Positions 36,443 through 49,035 are shown, counted from the first letter of the whole stretch. The stretch is 63,740 nt of DNA, filler included, from Salisapilia sapeloensis CBS 127946 (GCA_023334545.1; 7 parts of 7 records of this genome joined end to end with filler, not necessarily neighbours in it), one strand, 5' to 3'. The notes: generated by a model not told the origin, from the sequence alone. Numbers and translations are program-made.

Positions 36443-39400
36443 ATGGCCAAGAACACGCAGTTAGACGTCGATGAGGAGTTGGCAAAGCTATTGAAAGAGC
36501 AGGAAGACTTTTTAAATAATGGAGAAGCCCCTGCTGCATCTGTAAAGCGCTCTAGTAATGCACAGCCTCCTTCAGAACTACAAGAAGAGTCGAAAACGAC
36601 AGAAAAGGAAGTGGACGATGCTCCAACGGATATACCAGTCGTTGGTAAAATCGTAGAACGTGATGTCGGCCAAGTAACGCGTCCGGAAATCAACGTTCAG
36701 CCAACCACGACAGGATTTCCAAAGGTAGAACGTCGCAAAAAGAGCCTTTTTGGACGAAAGCGAGAGCAAAAGCAGGCCAAGGCACCTGTCCAGCCACCAC
36801 AGCAGGATGATAGAGACAAAGACCAGAAAGAATTAGATGATATTAACAACGACAAGCTCGCACAGATGTCCATGGAAGAAATTCGCCAAGAGCAAGAAGA
36901 ACTACGACAGTTTTTAGATCCAGAGTTGCTCCAGAAGCTCATGAACAAGCCTAGGAATAAGCCTACAACTACTCGACTATCCGTTCAGAAAACTACGAAA
37001 GTGGAGAAAACTACGCCAAACACCGGTAAAGATACTGAAAAGAGTGAAAACGAAAAGAACCTGGCGGATATTCGAAATGAGAGCGAGTTATTCGCTCAAT
37101 CCAAGTTTTTACCGCCAGAGGAACGTGCAAAGCACGAATGGATGACTCCACTACCACCCACCGTGCCGTCGGAAACAAACGCCACTCGTTATGACTTTGA
37201 CGGGAACATCATTGACGCTGCTGATGGTAACATACAGTCTGGCCTTTACCACCATGGAGATGATCCCGATCGTGCCGGGTACAGCCTTAATGAACTGCTA
37301 CACTTGGCACGGAGTACTGTGCCGAGTCAGCAGGCATTGGCTTTCCAGACGCTCTCTCGTATTTTCACAAACCGGAATCTAACAGACGTGTCGAAGGAAG
37401 TGACCGTAACCCTTCGAGTCGGTTTGGATTCTTCTAACCACTCTGTTCTTTCCTCTGCTGCTTCTGCTCTTCACAAATATATCGTTCCATCTGATCTAGC
37501 TTCCACTATATGTAATACTGGACAAGAAACAGATTTGGTGCAGGAGACGCTTGTCGGTAACGTCCTCTTGCCGACGTTACAGCAGTACCATGGCTCTCAA
37601 GAAGGATCACCGTTCGAGACGCTTGCTGCGGATCCAGTAGTAGCTGATGTCGTATTAAACGAAGACAAAGAGGATAACGAAGGTGAAGAAAGTGCTCATG
37701 CCAATCGGGAGAAGATTATGACACAGGATCCAGTCCAAGCGTTTGTAAGTGACATGGACCTACTGCCCCGACTACGATACCTGCTATCTGTGATGAAGCT
37801 GCCGTCTACTACCGCTCTCCATCTATTGGATATCCTTATTGTATGTGCCCAGCACTCGTATCGCAACTGTGAATTGATCGTGTCGGACAGAGCGTTGGTA
37901 GAGTACATTCAAAAGGATTGTATTGGTAATGAGGAGACATGGACGTCTGACGCGGAAGCGGACGTTACAGCTAAAGCTCTCAAGGCAATGGTCCTTGTTC
38001 GCATTCTCAGCGCTTCCCATCGGAACATTGCAACGAAACTCGTATCGTCTGGTGTCATTCAGTCGACAAAGTCGTTCTTGGCCATCGCAGATAACAGTAT
38101 CAAGCAAAAGCTGTGGACGCTACGGGTCGAGAGTCTTCGCATCTGGCGTAATCTGCTCTTGTATGCGCTCGACTTCCACTGCTTCAGCTACATTTACCCT
38201 ATGCTGACTTCTATCGACGTCACACACGAAAAGCATGTCACGTGTGCACTCTTTGCTGCTCTATCCACCTTCGCAGGACTCGAACACAAGCACGAAGCGC
38301 AACACTACTTTTCCCAACTATCGTTGTTTATTCAAAAAGCAGCAGAGGTTGTCAGTCGAACATCCGATGTTTCGTCTTGTGCGACAGCTCTTCGTTTCTT
38401 GACGACCTGTTCGAACCTGGTGGACAAGTACCACTTGGACAAAACGCTCTTTGTTCAAACGTACGAAACCATCCAAAAACGAATGTTTATGCAGCACATG
38501 CTACATGAACAGAACCAAGTATGGTCGAGAGAATGTCTCGTAGCGTGTTTATCCTTCCACCACTCTCTGACATCCCACGGCATTGTGGATGATGAAGAAG
38601 ACAACTTCTTTACACTTGTAACTACCCACGAGAGCAGAGTCTTGGAGCTCATGAAGACTTCCTTGAACCAAGTCAAGGTGCTAACACCAGAACTGTCATC
38701 TGGAGCACATCAGTTCTTCATCAGAATCTCTCAGACAGCTTTGTTGGCGCTGCATCTATCATCCAGAGGCTCGGACGCCTTTGCATCTCAGCTGTACGCG
38801 TTAACACTTCACCTCCTCCCGCTTCTTCCACCCGGTTCGGAGTCTCTTGTTCTATCTCTTTTCTCTCAAGTCCTCTTCCACTCGAAAATGCTGCTCAAAA
38901 CATCCATTTTCACATCGGCAGAGCAACTGTCTTCTGTCTCAAACGTCCTTCCGTCCATCTACGCCAGTCTTCTTTCTCCTTCTCCCACGTCGGAAGCACA
39001 TTCATCCGGAATCTTTTCAAATGCTTTCAACCCAATGCAGCGACAGAGTTTGAATCTCCGATTACCACCTTTAGACGAGAATGCTACCGTGTCCAACCTA
39101 CCACTACCCGCATCTTGGATCTACGCACCTCTCTCTCGTGTCCAGTCTGTCGGTCAAAGTGATGACAAGCAGGTACAAGAGCTGCAGCTTATCCTTGGAG
39201 GCACCTGTCGCTACCTCGAGCAACTTGAGACCTGTGGCAATGCAGTGGTACAAGTCGATCTGAGTCCTATTGAAAAGACCTTCCACCTGCTCTTTGCCTT
39301 GTTTAACAGTAGTGACGTCCTGTTCGACTCTGGCGTCCAGGTACCTCTTATCGAACTCATTGACACTTTAGGTGGACGTGTTCTAGTGGATGACCAGAGG

Positions 39401-40003
39401 AAACAACTTGTGACGACACTTGGGAGTCACTTGAGACATCGAAAACAACTTGATCCGGATACCGATGTTGATACCGCTGCCATCACCAAGACAAGTGATA
39501 CGGACGTTTTGTCTCAGTTCGTCGAGTCTTTGATGCAAGAGTTTGTCGAGTCGTCATTTGGTCACCCTGCCTTTGCCAAATGCATCTCACTATTCCTACT
39601 TCCGGAAATGCCGTCAGAGGTCGTCAAGATCGTGTGGCGCATGGCCATGGAAGCTAGACTACTCCACCAGATCCAACCGATGGCCAGTCACTCTGCTTCT
39701 GTGTGGACATCAGGACAAAAACGCCAAGACACAGAGCTCTTGTGGATGATGCAAAAGGCTCTTGTCGGACCAACAACCCGAGACGACAGTCTAGCTACTC
39801 GAATGGCCATTCCGACATTGCAAAAGTATTTGTTCCAGGAGCAAACGATGAGTGCCGATCGGACCATGCTATTTCGGTCATTACTCAAGTCATCTAGGTC
39901 TATCCTAGAGCAACTGCTCTCACATGAAAACGCACGAAAGATCTTAGAGACAATCGACTTATCGGAAGAAGAAAACGCCAAGATTTCTGCATCATCCTCT
40001 TAA
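36443..40003 (+). CDS. RPAP1: RNA polymerase II-associated protein 1 (RPAP1/Rba50/MINIYO)
   Basis: RPAP1_N-like INNDKLAQMSMEEIRQEQEELRQFLDPELL and RPAP1_C-like RYDFDG...GLYHHGDDPDRAGYSLNELLHLARSTVPSQ, followed by ARM-like helices. Confidence 0.92.
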   Translation: MAKNTQLDVDEELAKLLKEQEDFLNNGEAPAASVKRSSNAQPPSELQEESKTTEKEVDDAPTDIPVVGKIVERDVGQVTRPEINVQPTTTGFPKVERRKKSLFGRKREQKQAKAPVQPPQQDDRDKDQKELDDINNDKLAQMSMEEIRQEQEELRQFLDPELLQKLMNKPRNKPTTTRLSVQKTTKVEKTTPNTGKDTEKSENEKNLADIRNESELFAQSKFLPPEERAKHEWMTPLPPTVPSETNATRYDFDGNIIDAADGNIQSGLYHHGDDPDRAGYSLNELLHLARSTVPSQQALAFQTLSRIFTNRNLTDVSKEVTVTLRVGLDSSNHSVLSSAASALHKYIVPSDLASTICNTGQETDLVQETLVGNVLLPTLQQYHGSQEGSPFETLAADPVVADVVLNEDKEDNEGEESAHANREKIMTQDPVQAFVSDMDLLPRLRYLLSVMKLPSTTALHLLDILIVCAQHSYRNCELIVSDRALVEYIQKDCIGNEETWTSDAEADVTAKALKAMVLVRILSASHRNIATKLVSSGVIQSTKSFLAIADNSIKQKLWTLRVESLRIWRNLLLYALDFHCFSYIYPMLTSIDVTHEKHVTCALFAALSTFAGLEHKHEAQHYFSQLSLFIQKAAEVVSRTSDVSSCATALRFLTTCSNLVDKYHLDKTLFVQTYETIQKRMFMQHMLHEQNQVWSRECLVACLSFHHSLTSHGIVDDEEDNFFTLVTTHESRVLELMKTSLNQVKVLTPELSSGAHQFFIRISQTALLALHLSSRGSDAFASQLYALTLHLLPLLPPGSESLVLSLFSQVLFHSKMLLKTSIFTSAEQLSSVSNVLPSIYASLLSPSPTSEAHSSGIFSNAFNPMQRQSLNLRLPPLDENATVSNLPLPASWIYAPLSRVQSVGQSDDKQVQELQLILGGTCRYLEQLETCGNAVVQVDLSPIEKTFHLLFALFNSSDVLFDSGVQVPLIELIDTLGGRVLVDDQRKQLVTTLGSHLRHRKQLDPDTDVDTAAITKTSDTDVLSQFVESLMQEFVESSFGHPAFAKCISLFLLPEMPSEVVKIVWRMAMEARLLHQIQPMASHSASVWTSGQKRQDTELLWMMQKALVGPTTRDDSLATRMAIPTLQKYLFQEQTMSADRTMLFRSLLKSSRSILEQLLSHENARKILETIDLSEEENAKISASSS

Positions 40004-40020
40004 TGCCGACTGAATACCAA

Positions 40021-41254
40021 CTAAAGTTTGCTTCGACTGCTTCCGTATTGGTTGACGAGTTGCACAACATTCAATGCACATCCCCACTGCAACGTATGCC
40101 CAGAACCTCCATGTCCATAGTTATGGATCACATGCGCACCTTGAGCTGTACGCACAGAGTCTGCCTCGAGACGAATGCCGCCGACACGACCGGGACGTAA
40201 CCCAGCTACTGGCGTGATGATCTTGCTATCCTTGACTTCTGGCATTAGTCTGCAGCAGCGTTCCCAAATACCTTTGACGTCCTCATCGTCGGAAGATGTA
40301 TTGCCATTGTACGGTTGGATCGTACCGCCCAAGATGACCTCTCCTTTCGGACGTGGTAGGACGTATGTGTGGTGGTCATTGCTGTCGACGGCCATGCGAA
40401 AGCGACGGATATTCGGGTTGTAGACCTACGTATCAAGACTTGGTATTATACGTCTAATGAACAATTGTATGGATGGATACCTTGATGGTTTGACCTCGCA
40501 TCGGATACACCTTGTCGTCATTAACGAGATCTTTTGCAGCGATTCCACTGCAGTTGATGATTACATCAGCATCTACTTCATCGAGACTGTGTATACTGCG
40601 CGTTTCAAAGGATCCGCCGAGGAGACCAATCTGTTTTTTCAAGTACGACAGCATATTGCTATACAAGACTAGCGTTAGATGCAATAGACAAACGTGTATA
40701 GGATCGTACGTTGGGTTGTAGATGAACGTGCCGAGCTGGTAGCCATGTGTACCACTCGGGATCACCTCGGCAGCCTCTTGAGCGCTGAGTAAGCGAAAGT
40801 TCTGGACGCAGTGAGCCCAGTACGGATGCGTCTATATGCCACATCGTGTCCTTATTATATAAAGTTGATAATGTATACATCTAGAGAGGTCCTACGATAA
40901 ACGGGTCGTTGTCACTGAAGACCTCAACACCTTCGACGTAGTGGACACCAACTTCCTCCGGACAAGTTTCGTGCAAATCTTTTAGCCACTTGATACTCTC
41001 TTCACACCATTTTCTAAAGGATACGTGTAAGAGATCGGAGCCGTATAATAAGAATGAGGCAGTTGAATGTACTGAATTTGATTGGGATCCGAGCCTGGAG
41101 GAAGAGCGAATGGCATCCAAATTGCTCCTGCAGCGTGAGATGTCAAGTCGTCAAAGGATGCAGCTAGCACCGTCACGTTCTTATGACCGTGTCTTAGAAG
41201 TGCAAGCGCTGTTGTGAGCCCAATAATGCCGCCGCCGACCACAACTGTCTTCAT
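40021..41254 (-). CDS. DAO: D-amino-acid/D-aspartate oxidase, 5 exons, 334 aa, peroxisomal PTS1
   Basis: GGGIIG, TSHAAG, INCSG, YPMRGQ, YVLPR, AGLRPGR, HNYGHGGSG and C-terminal SKL. Introns 41014-41072, 40832-40895, 40659-40709 and 40426-40480. Confidence 0.93.
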
Positions 41255-42575
41255 GTTCTTCGCTTGGAATTGATTTGCAATGCGCTGATAGCTTCTCGGC
41301 TTTATGGCTAGACCGAATGTGATGCGCAATATGCCGAACCGTTATTTCGGATCGCACTTTATAATGTAGACGAAGTATCGAGACAACAGATAAATACTCG
41401 AGGCGAAATTACCACCGAAAATTCATCAAGAAAACGAAGCTGTCCCTTTCATGTATATCTGCATCTAGCGAACTGCAAAGACTAAGAGTATGATGGGATG
41501 TTCGCAGTGAGCGAGAGAACATGTATATCAGGTATAGCTCCGAAACGCAACAACCAGAAAGGAAAGTGAAATGGTGTCCAGAATAAGGTTACCGGTAACG
41601 TATCCCTTTCGGATTTACGGAGGTATACTTATTCGCGTACCATCAGCATGGAAAGCCTTTTAAATCGATAAATATCCATTGACTGCATCATGGAGTGCCG
41701 TAGAGACAGAAACGGAGCGAAGTATTAAGCCTAGAGTACCAACTATCGCAGAAAGTAACGCCATATCAACTTGTATCGTGTGTACCCGTTCTTTTCGAGC
41801 GTCGACGGGAATGGTCTGAATTTTCATGTCCAGACAAAAAGGCTTCCAGTGTAATATTGCCATTAAACAGCACATGACACTTGCTTCATCCGATTCAGCA
41901 ACGGCTTTCCGACTTAATTGGATTCACACTAGCATGCCGAATTAGTCTAAATCTAGCGCACAGTCGAGTAAACCAGCAATATTTACTATCGTATGATGAG
42001 TAGCCTATATTTATCTGCTGCATGGAAAGCTCATTTCACGCGGGAAGCACGTATGAAGTAATTATAGGTAAGACTTCGTACCCCATTGCCTTTTTCCCGC
42101 CATCTTGGTTCCAGTGGTATCACAAAGCTAAAACTGTGGATGGCGATAGCGTTTCAGACCGTCTGAGTTATGATACTTTCTATGCAAGGAGGGACTCGAT
42201 CTTATTCCCTCATCGGTTTCAAAGACAGCCGCCGAGGTGTAATTTCGTTTGTTCGTCATCTGGAACCATCACCTTGAGCAAATTGTACCTCAATTATGCT
42301 GCATTTAGTGGATACCGTTCGTTCGCGTGCTATCAAAGTAGATAACAAGTACGATTGTGATAGGACCGTCGCTGCCTTTCGAATGAACAACTACTTTGCT
42401 CGTGTTTTTGTTCGAGGTATGTTACCAGGCTTAGCATAGGGCAATTCAAACGCGACAGCGGGCGGTATATAAAGCATGCACGAAATGTTCCCAGTCATAT
42501 CGTCCCCTCGCATAGAATCGGCACTGCACTTTCGCGTCATTTTCAATATAGCACGCTAGCACTGACATTAAAGCT

Positions 42576-44141
42576 ATGTCGACGCAATGGACAGCAGACG
42601 CATATGAAGGCTTCACCCTGTCGGATGCGAAGAAGGATGATTGCAAGCGCATATCGATGGCATTTGTCCATGAAGCGCTGCAGCTATACCAAAAGTTTGA
42701 TCGCACTGTGCCTCGGAAAGTGGACAGCAAGCATTGGAAAGCTATCAAGTCATCCGATAATGTAACTTTGTATCAAGAACGGAATCCTTCTCGTCGTGCG
42801 GTGAAAGACCCATCCACGGACAGTGCTGGATGGCAAATGCCTCGAGCCATCATCGGCAATGGGACGATCTCACATAATATTGATGACCTCTTATACGGTC
42901 TCGCGTACGGCGATGAAGCAGCATTTTTGCAAGGCGCGAGTTACGCTGGGTTACCACTAGTGAATGGTCAGATTCTTTCGACGATTGAAAAGCCAACGCT
43001 AGAGCATCCCTATCGTAGCACTACTCTTCAATGGCACGCAAATACTCCAAATCCAGCGCTTCGAGGAATTGTCACGTACCAAGATGCTGTTTATATTCGA
43101 GCGACTGGAATGCTCCAAGTCGATAAAAGTGAGCGCATTGGGTACTGTGTCATGCATTCAGTTGACTTATCGTCGACTTCTCCGCTTGATGAACGAGGCA
43201 ATGTACGGTCCCGTGTTTCATCCTGCATGCTTTTCAAGCCGATTTCGAATGAATCGGTCGAAGTGTTCGTCAAAGGTTATTACGAAGTCTTTCGGAATGA
43301 GTTTCTCGACTCCATCAGTGGTGTCAGCTTGGCCAGTGCACTCATGAATACTTGGACATCCAGTCAATGTGCGAAGCTAAAGAAAGTTTCATGGCTTCTT
43401 CAGAGAAAAGACGTGGACAAGAATGATGTCATGGGCTTGATTGGCAGCAGCGATAGTGGAAACAAGAAGGAATGTCAATCCTGCAAAAGTCCGCTTGGAG
43501 TTGCACGCAGAGCTCACCCCTGCATTTTGTGTGAGTCATCGCTTTGTGAGAAATGCATTCTCCCGATCGAACTATTCGATGTCGTTTCACACTTAAAGCT
43601 GACAACCAAGAAAGCTAATCTGTGCATCATCTGCGACAAAAAGGTCAGCCAAGTGAACTCGTACGACGTTGCTCGACAACAAATTCGAGCTGGACGATAT
43701 GAAGAAGGAGGCATTGGGTCCACTCTCGTTGAGCTGTTTAAAATCTCGCAGCTGACAGAAGGATCGAGTGATTTGTCCGGCAAAAAATCTTGTGCTGGTG
43801 AAGTCTACGAGTTTAACTCGAAAAAATTAGGTGCTACATCTGAGGATTCACTAAGCGCCTATGCCCAATTGACATCGTACAATGACGACACGCACATCGT
43901 TGATTCCGAGACGACATTTTCGGATGAAGGCTCAGCCACGCGAGGCAGTGGGAAGGATGGGGACGAATTGGAAGCTTTGATTGAGAATGCCTGGAGGAAG
44001 AGTATTTCGAAACTCAATTTGGAAGACCAGGAACGTGATCGGCAGCTGGCGTGGCTCGAGATGACGAAGCTCAGACTTCAGCAGGATAGTGTTTCTACTA
44101 CAGGATCGAACAAAGAAGGAAAGGATGTGCTTGAACTATAA
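42576..44141 (+). CDS. START-like domain plus degenerate FYVE-type zinc finger protein (oomycete family)
   Basis: WKAIKSSDNVTLYQER, GTISHNIDDLLYG, IGYCVMHSVDL and VEVFVKG, then CQSC...CILC...CEKC...CIIC. Confidence 0.85.
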   Translation: MSTQWTADAYEGFTLSDAKKDDCKRISMAFVHEALQLYQKFDRTVPRKVDSKHWKAIKSSDNVTLYQERNPSRRAVKDPSTDSAGWQMPRAIIGNGTISHNIDDLLYGLAYGDEAAFLQGASYAGLPLVNGQILSTIEKPTLEHPYRSTTLQWHANTPNPALRGIVTYQDAVYIRATGMLQVDKSERIGYCVMHSVDLSSTSPLDERGNVRSRVSSCMLFKPISNESVEVFVKGYYEVFRNEFLDSISGVSLASALMNTWTSSQCAKLKKVSWLLQRKDVDKNDVMGLIGSSDSGNKKECQSCKSPLGVARRAHPCILCESSLCEKCILPIELFDVVSHLKLTTKKANLCIICDKKVSQVNSYDVARQQIRAGRYEEGGIGSTLVELFKISQLTEGSSDLSGKKSCAGEVYEFNSKKLGATSEDSLSAYAQLTSYNDDTHIVDSETTFSDEGSATRGSGKDGDELEALIENAWRKSISKLNLEDQERDRQLAWLEMTKLRLQQDSVSTTGSNKEGKDVLEL

Positions 44142-44827
44142 TCGACTTACAAACAAGTAAAGTTTTCGTTCATTTACATGATGTTTGAATAAAAATGTAT
44201 CAATTGAATTAAAAGCTAGATACATTGACTTTGAGCTACATATAGTAAATGATGTGCATTCCAGTTTATCTGTGTAGAGGAAGAGCTCTTATCATTTCAT
44301 GGATTGCTCAAAGGAAAAGATTGTGACGCGAAGAAATATCCAGGCGCTTCAAGTGTACTTGAATCGGTTCTTGAAGCTGCATAAAGAGTTGCTCGTGAAA
44401 GATAAGAAGATGCTGGGTCAAGTGGAGGAGCTGTGGAAACCCCAGCAAGACCAGTGGCAGCACTTACAACAACTTTTGCACAACAACATGTGCCTTGTGC
44501 AGTACTTTAGCAAGATCCAGATGTAGATCCGACGTAGGTAGTAGAACGAGGAACGAGATGAAAACTCTTTTGGAAGTATGTGGATCGTGTCGTGTGCGTT
44601 GATTGATAGAAACAAGTGTCTCGAAGAAAGCTTTCGAATTGGAGATACGAGCGCGAAACGTTCATGAGTAGGAAAGCGATGAAGAATATGCCACCGGAAA
44701 CCATTCCGAGTATTTCGTATAAATGCATGCGTTCTGACCCTTTCCCAGGCTTAATACCAATACCCTCATCGTACTCATTAAGCACTTTGCTTCCTACTAC
44801 CCAATACTTTATCCGGCTTCTACTACA

Positions 44828-44898
44828 ATGGTGTCTCGCTCGCTCCTTTTCATCGCGTTGACCGCTTTGGCTTCGACGGCTTATGCGGACGACTCGGA
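44828..44898 (+). CDS. 5' fragment of a probable secreted protein (signal peptide only)
   Basis: MVSRSLLFIALTALASTAYA-DDS has n/h/c regions and an AxA cleavage site, and runs off the contig end. Confidence 0.55.
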
Positions 44899-44998
44899 NN
44901 NNNNNNNNNNNNNNNNNNNNNNNNNNNNNNNNNNNNNNNNNNTTAATTAATTAANNNNNNNNNNNNNNNNNNNNNNNNNNNNNNNNNNNNNNNNNNNN
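44899..44998. other. Artificial contig spacer
   Basis: 44 N + TTAATTAATTAA + 44 N. Confidence 0.99.
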
Positions 44999-45288
44999 CG
45001 AAGAATCAAACTATATTCCTACATCGCAACCAAGAAAAGTTATCGGTTGATAACCAACGGATGCTATGGACGCACTTGCAAGAGTTTCGACTGGACGAAT
45101 TCGACGTGGAAGAGTATGAAGCTCAGTATAAAAAGGGTGGGCAGGTCTTCCCTCAATTTCCTACTTGCGTTGGTAAGTTCATACACGACGAAGACAAGTA
45201 CAGGATACTATCATTCGAAGACTTGCCATTTTATGGATTGGAAAAACGGCTTTTAGAGTACGTCAAAGAGGCTATGTCGCTATCGTGA
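44999..45288 (+). CDS. 3' fragment of a nucleotide-diphospho-sugar transferase (MNN2/GT71-like)
   Basis: Open frame from the contig edge: IFLHRNQEKL...LWTHLQEF...CVG...SFEDLPFYGLEKRLLEYVKEA*, resembling the C-terminus of this oomycete glycosyltransferase family. Confidence 0.6.
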
Positions 45289-45441
45289 GAGTAAGCGAAC
45301 GCACTAAGGCTCGAAGTGTAAAGTCTGATTGTAACATGTAACGTTCACTGCTAAATTTGGTACCTTGCCTTGACTGCCGCAGCCTTTGAATGTTCCTATC
45401 AATTGGTGCAGACTCGAGTCAAACATTGAACACAAGCAATA

Positions 45442-48400
45442 ATGCAAGTGCACGCTCCGTCGGCGATGTTCGACCAGGTGGTAATCTTGCTTTCAAGTAG
45501 AAGCATTATACAGAGCTAACGAAGTATTCGTGAAAACTCAGGAAGCGTATATTAAGGCTGAGTGTGCAAGGCGTAGGACACAAACAAGCTTGCGACAAAG
45601 ATCTAACTTTGTCGACCACCTTCTAGACAATTTAAACATTTCCAACCTCCAAAGCCGTCTTGTGCAGCAGCAGCATCACGACTTTATTACCAGACGGGAT
45701 AACAAGGCCGCTCTGGAAGAGCTCATCGACCAAGTATGCGATATCGTAGATTCAATCCCAGACATCTCTTCGTCTTCGAGGTTGCCTCGTCGGCGATCAG
45801 GCATTCTGGCTATCTCCCAGATAAGCCCAATGGAACGAACGCAACTGAGCAATTGGGTAAAAGACGTAGAAAACTTGATATCGTCTGGCTTTGAACCTTC
45901 GGAAGACCCTGCAAATGATCCGTTGATTCAAGTTTTAGAGAAACTGCAGGAACTACAGGATGGAAATGTTTGCTTAGCTGCAGTTGCAGCAGATGCAAAG
46001 ACACTCGTGGACTGTTGGGATCGGGAAGGCGTATTTGAAATAGAGGAGGCCGATGAAACTGTTGATAACTCAATGGAAAGCAATTCTGGCACGTACTTTG
46101 GACAACTACGAAATACCTCATCTTCTCGTAAGACGACTGAGGAATCTTACGCATACCGGACAATCCGCCAAAGAGCAGCCAGCCAGGTTATTAAACGATC
46201 TGTTTTAAGGTGGGTGCGGTGTCAAGACGCTTTTCGTAGCCGAATCGATGAGCTATCAATTTTTGGAAACACCATTGCAAGCTTTCTATCTGCCCTTAAT
46301 GAGCCATCAGCAAACTCTTTACCAAAAGCACGAGGTGACATGAAGTCGAATACGAGTAAGATCTTAAACCTTAACACCATCCAAGAAGCTAAGAGTCTAG
46401 ATTTTTCGGACCTCATACGGTTTTCCAAGCATGGTGCTACGTTTGCCGTAGACCAAGCAATTCGAGTCGTCGAAGATATTCAATGGAAACGATTTCTGTT
46501 TGAAAGTCGATGCGCAGTGAAAATCCAAACACTTTGGCAGCGACATGTTCACTACGTGCAGACGAAACCTATGATGAAATTGATTGATGCGGCAGTGGAG
46601 GCAAAGAAGAGTGGAAAACTGAATATGAAGAAAGGCAAAGTGAGTGGAAAGTCATCTCCAAGGCAAAAGAAGAGACCATTGAATAGCATAGGAAAATCGC
46701 ATGATATCAAAAGACCATCGACACCGGGGTCGAGAGGTTCCTCAAGAGAAGGCATGACAGTCCAGGCAGCGTCACAAGATAGTGAAGGAGCCACCGAGAC
46801 GAAACCTGGAGTGATTTCGTCAAGAGAGATGAAGGAGGCGATTATGTCAAGCCATAAACAAAGCATACGCCGAAATACACGTCAAGCTCGACAACAGGTC
46901 CGTAGAGAAGATGAAAGCAAACAGAATAATAAGTCAGACGACGACGGGGATACATCTGATGTTGAAGCGGCTTGGCAAGCTTTTCTTGATGCAAAAGCAA
47001 AAGAGGAAGAAGAGATTAGGCTAGCAGCGATGATGGAAGAGCATTGTACTATGGAGGTAGTGGAAGAAATCATCCAAAATCTGGAGCATGAGCAAACCTT
47101 TGGTAGTGTCATGAAGAGAGATAAGAATAGGAATGAATGGGAAGATTGGTCAGATGACGATGTAGTCGATAGCTTCGAAGAAGACTTAGTGGGAGGTTCT
47201 CAGCTGGAATTAGCTAAAGTTCCTCCGTTTAAACTACCTAATAGCGATCAACCAGGATGTGTACGGGACAATGGAGTCGATCAAGAGGCTGCGGGTGGAC
47301 ACGTGGGAATGTCTCATCAGACTACTGGTACTCAGCGACTGAATGTTGCTATCCCTAATCCAAATGCCGCTACACCGAACAATGTAGCAAAATCTGAAAA
47401 GATTCTGGGGCGAACAGCACGCACGAAGTACAAAGCGGCAGCTGCTTTTTCTAAGCAAAAGCAACATGCAGCACTTGTACCAAGACCTCCATCGTACAGC
47501 AGCAGCGAAAGTAGTCGCTTTTCAGATGAAGTTGAAGAAACGAACGATCCCGCTGGACTCATTACTCTACCTGCCTTAATATCATCCCACAGTGAGCGTC
47601 TATCAAAGCCACGAAGGCGGATCGAAAAGGTTAGCGCACTTGTTCCTTTCGGTGATTGCGTAGATTCCAATCAAGATGAAGTTACTCCTTTGCAAGATGG
47701 CAAGACTATCAGAAAGCCGAAGAAACACTTAAGTGACTATGACTGGAACAGTGAGAAGGAAAACTCTCAATTTCTGCGGCTCGTTAAGCTTTTAGAAACA
47801 ACTCATCAAGTTTACACGAAGCCCACTAAACCTCATGTATATCGTTCAGTTCAAAACAATCAATCGCCTTCTACCAGGAGAAGGATAAATGATCAGCAAT
47901 GTGCACATGTACCTAGTGCGAAACAAGTTAACAAGTATAACTCTAGTCCATCAGCAACCGAGATGTATCCAGATCTCACGTCCATGCAAGACGGTGGGAA
48001 CGGTCAAAATACAGAATCAGGATCTGCGTTTCTGGAAGAGCACTACAGACCTCGCGTCTACCGGTCGAACGGCCAATTCGATCTTCGAACTCAGCTTGTT
48101 TTAAAGCTGTCTGCTTCAATCGCTGCCTCCAACACGCATGCTACTGGCAGGAAGCCGAAGACCATACTAGCGCAAGGCAGACTTCGCCATGATGAATCAA
48201 GCAGAGTACATGCAGATATTGAAGGTGATGGTAGAGATAGACTGCACGATGCACCTGGAGACTTGCAATCTGGTTTTAAAAGCGGCGGAAATCGATTTTA
48301 TGCATCAAATTGGCAAAAACCTGGTGATCGTCAGAGCCAGAAGAAAGCACATCATAATTCTGACAAAGTATGTTTTACTGGAAACGCAAGTACGTCTGAT

Positions 48401-48935
48401 GGAAGTCTGGAACCCTTTAACAGTTCGGACAGTGCATTACCACTCATTCAACAGTCTCGTCGAGTCAATAAGACTGCAAGTGAAGACAGCTTACGAGAAA
48501 GCTATGAATGTGATCAAATTCAGTCACCTTTATTTCACCCTACAGATGGCTCGAGCATCCATTATAAAATGGAATATCCTAAACGAGATCGAGAGACTGG
48601 GATTGGTTCCCATGAATCGACAGAAGCTTTGGACGATGAAGACACGATTATCCTTGATTTTCGAAAGACTGAGAGGGATCCTGTCGCAGCAACGAATGGT
48701 AGGTCCAAACCTACCATTCGCTACAATAACGTTGATGTACGGGAAATGAATGCTACTGATAATGGCGAAAGTAGCATACGATTATCATCTCAAGCGGGTA
48801 CACAGCGTAAATCGAGCAACGCATCTAGCAGCTTCATTGCTCCTAGTAGTAGCACATGCGCAGAACCTATCAAATTCGGGAAGCGAAAGGTCAGGAGCTC
48901 GAGGAAAATTTACACTGCTGATATGGAAACCCAGC
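45442..48935 (+). CDS. Large low-complexity hypothetical protein with IQ-like motif(s), 3' end lost
   Basis: Open frame of more than 1130 codons with AVKIQTLWQRH. A short first exon (45442-45480) and intron 45481-45541 (GCTAAC branch) supply an ATG. Confidence 0.75.
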
Positions 48936-49035
48936 NNNNNNNNNNNNNNNNNNNNNNNNNNNNNNNNNNNNNNNNNNNNTTAATTAATTAANNNNNNNNN
49001 NNNNNNNNNNNNNNNNNNNNNNNNNNNNNNNNNNN
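48936..49035. other. Artificial contig spacer
   Basis: 44 N + TTAATTAATTAA + 44 N. Confidence 0.99.

Noticed and set aside
40426-40480. DAO intron with donor GTATCCAT resembling a U12-type 5' splice site
   Set aside because: It deviates from GTATCCTT and has no TCCTTAAC-type branch site, so it is treated as U2-type.
44299-44785. Short ORFs on both strands between the START/FYVE gene and the signal-peptide fragment
   Set aside because: No recognisable motif or consistent splice model.
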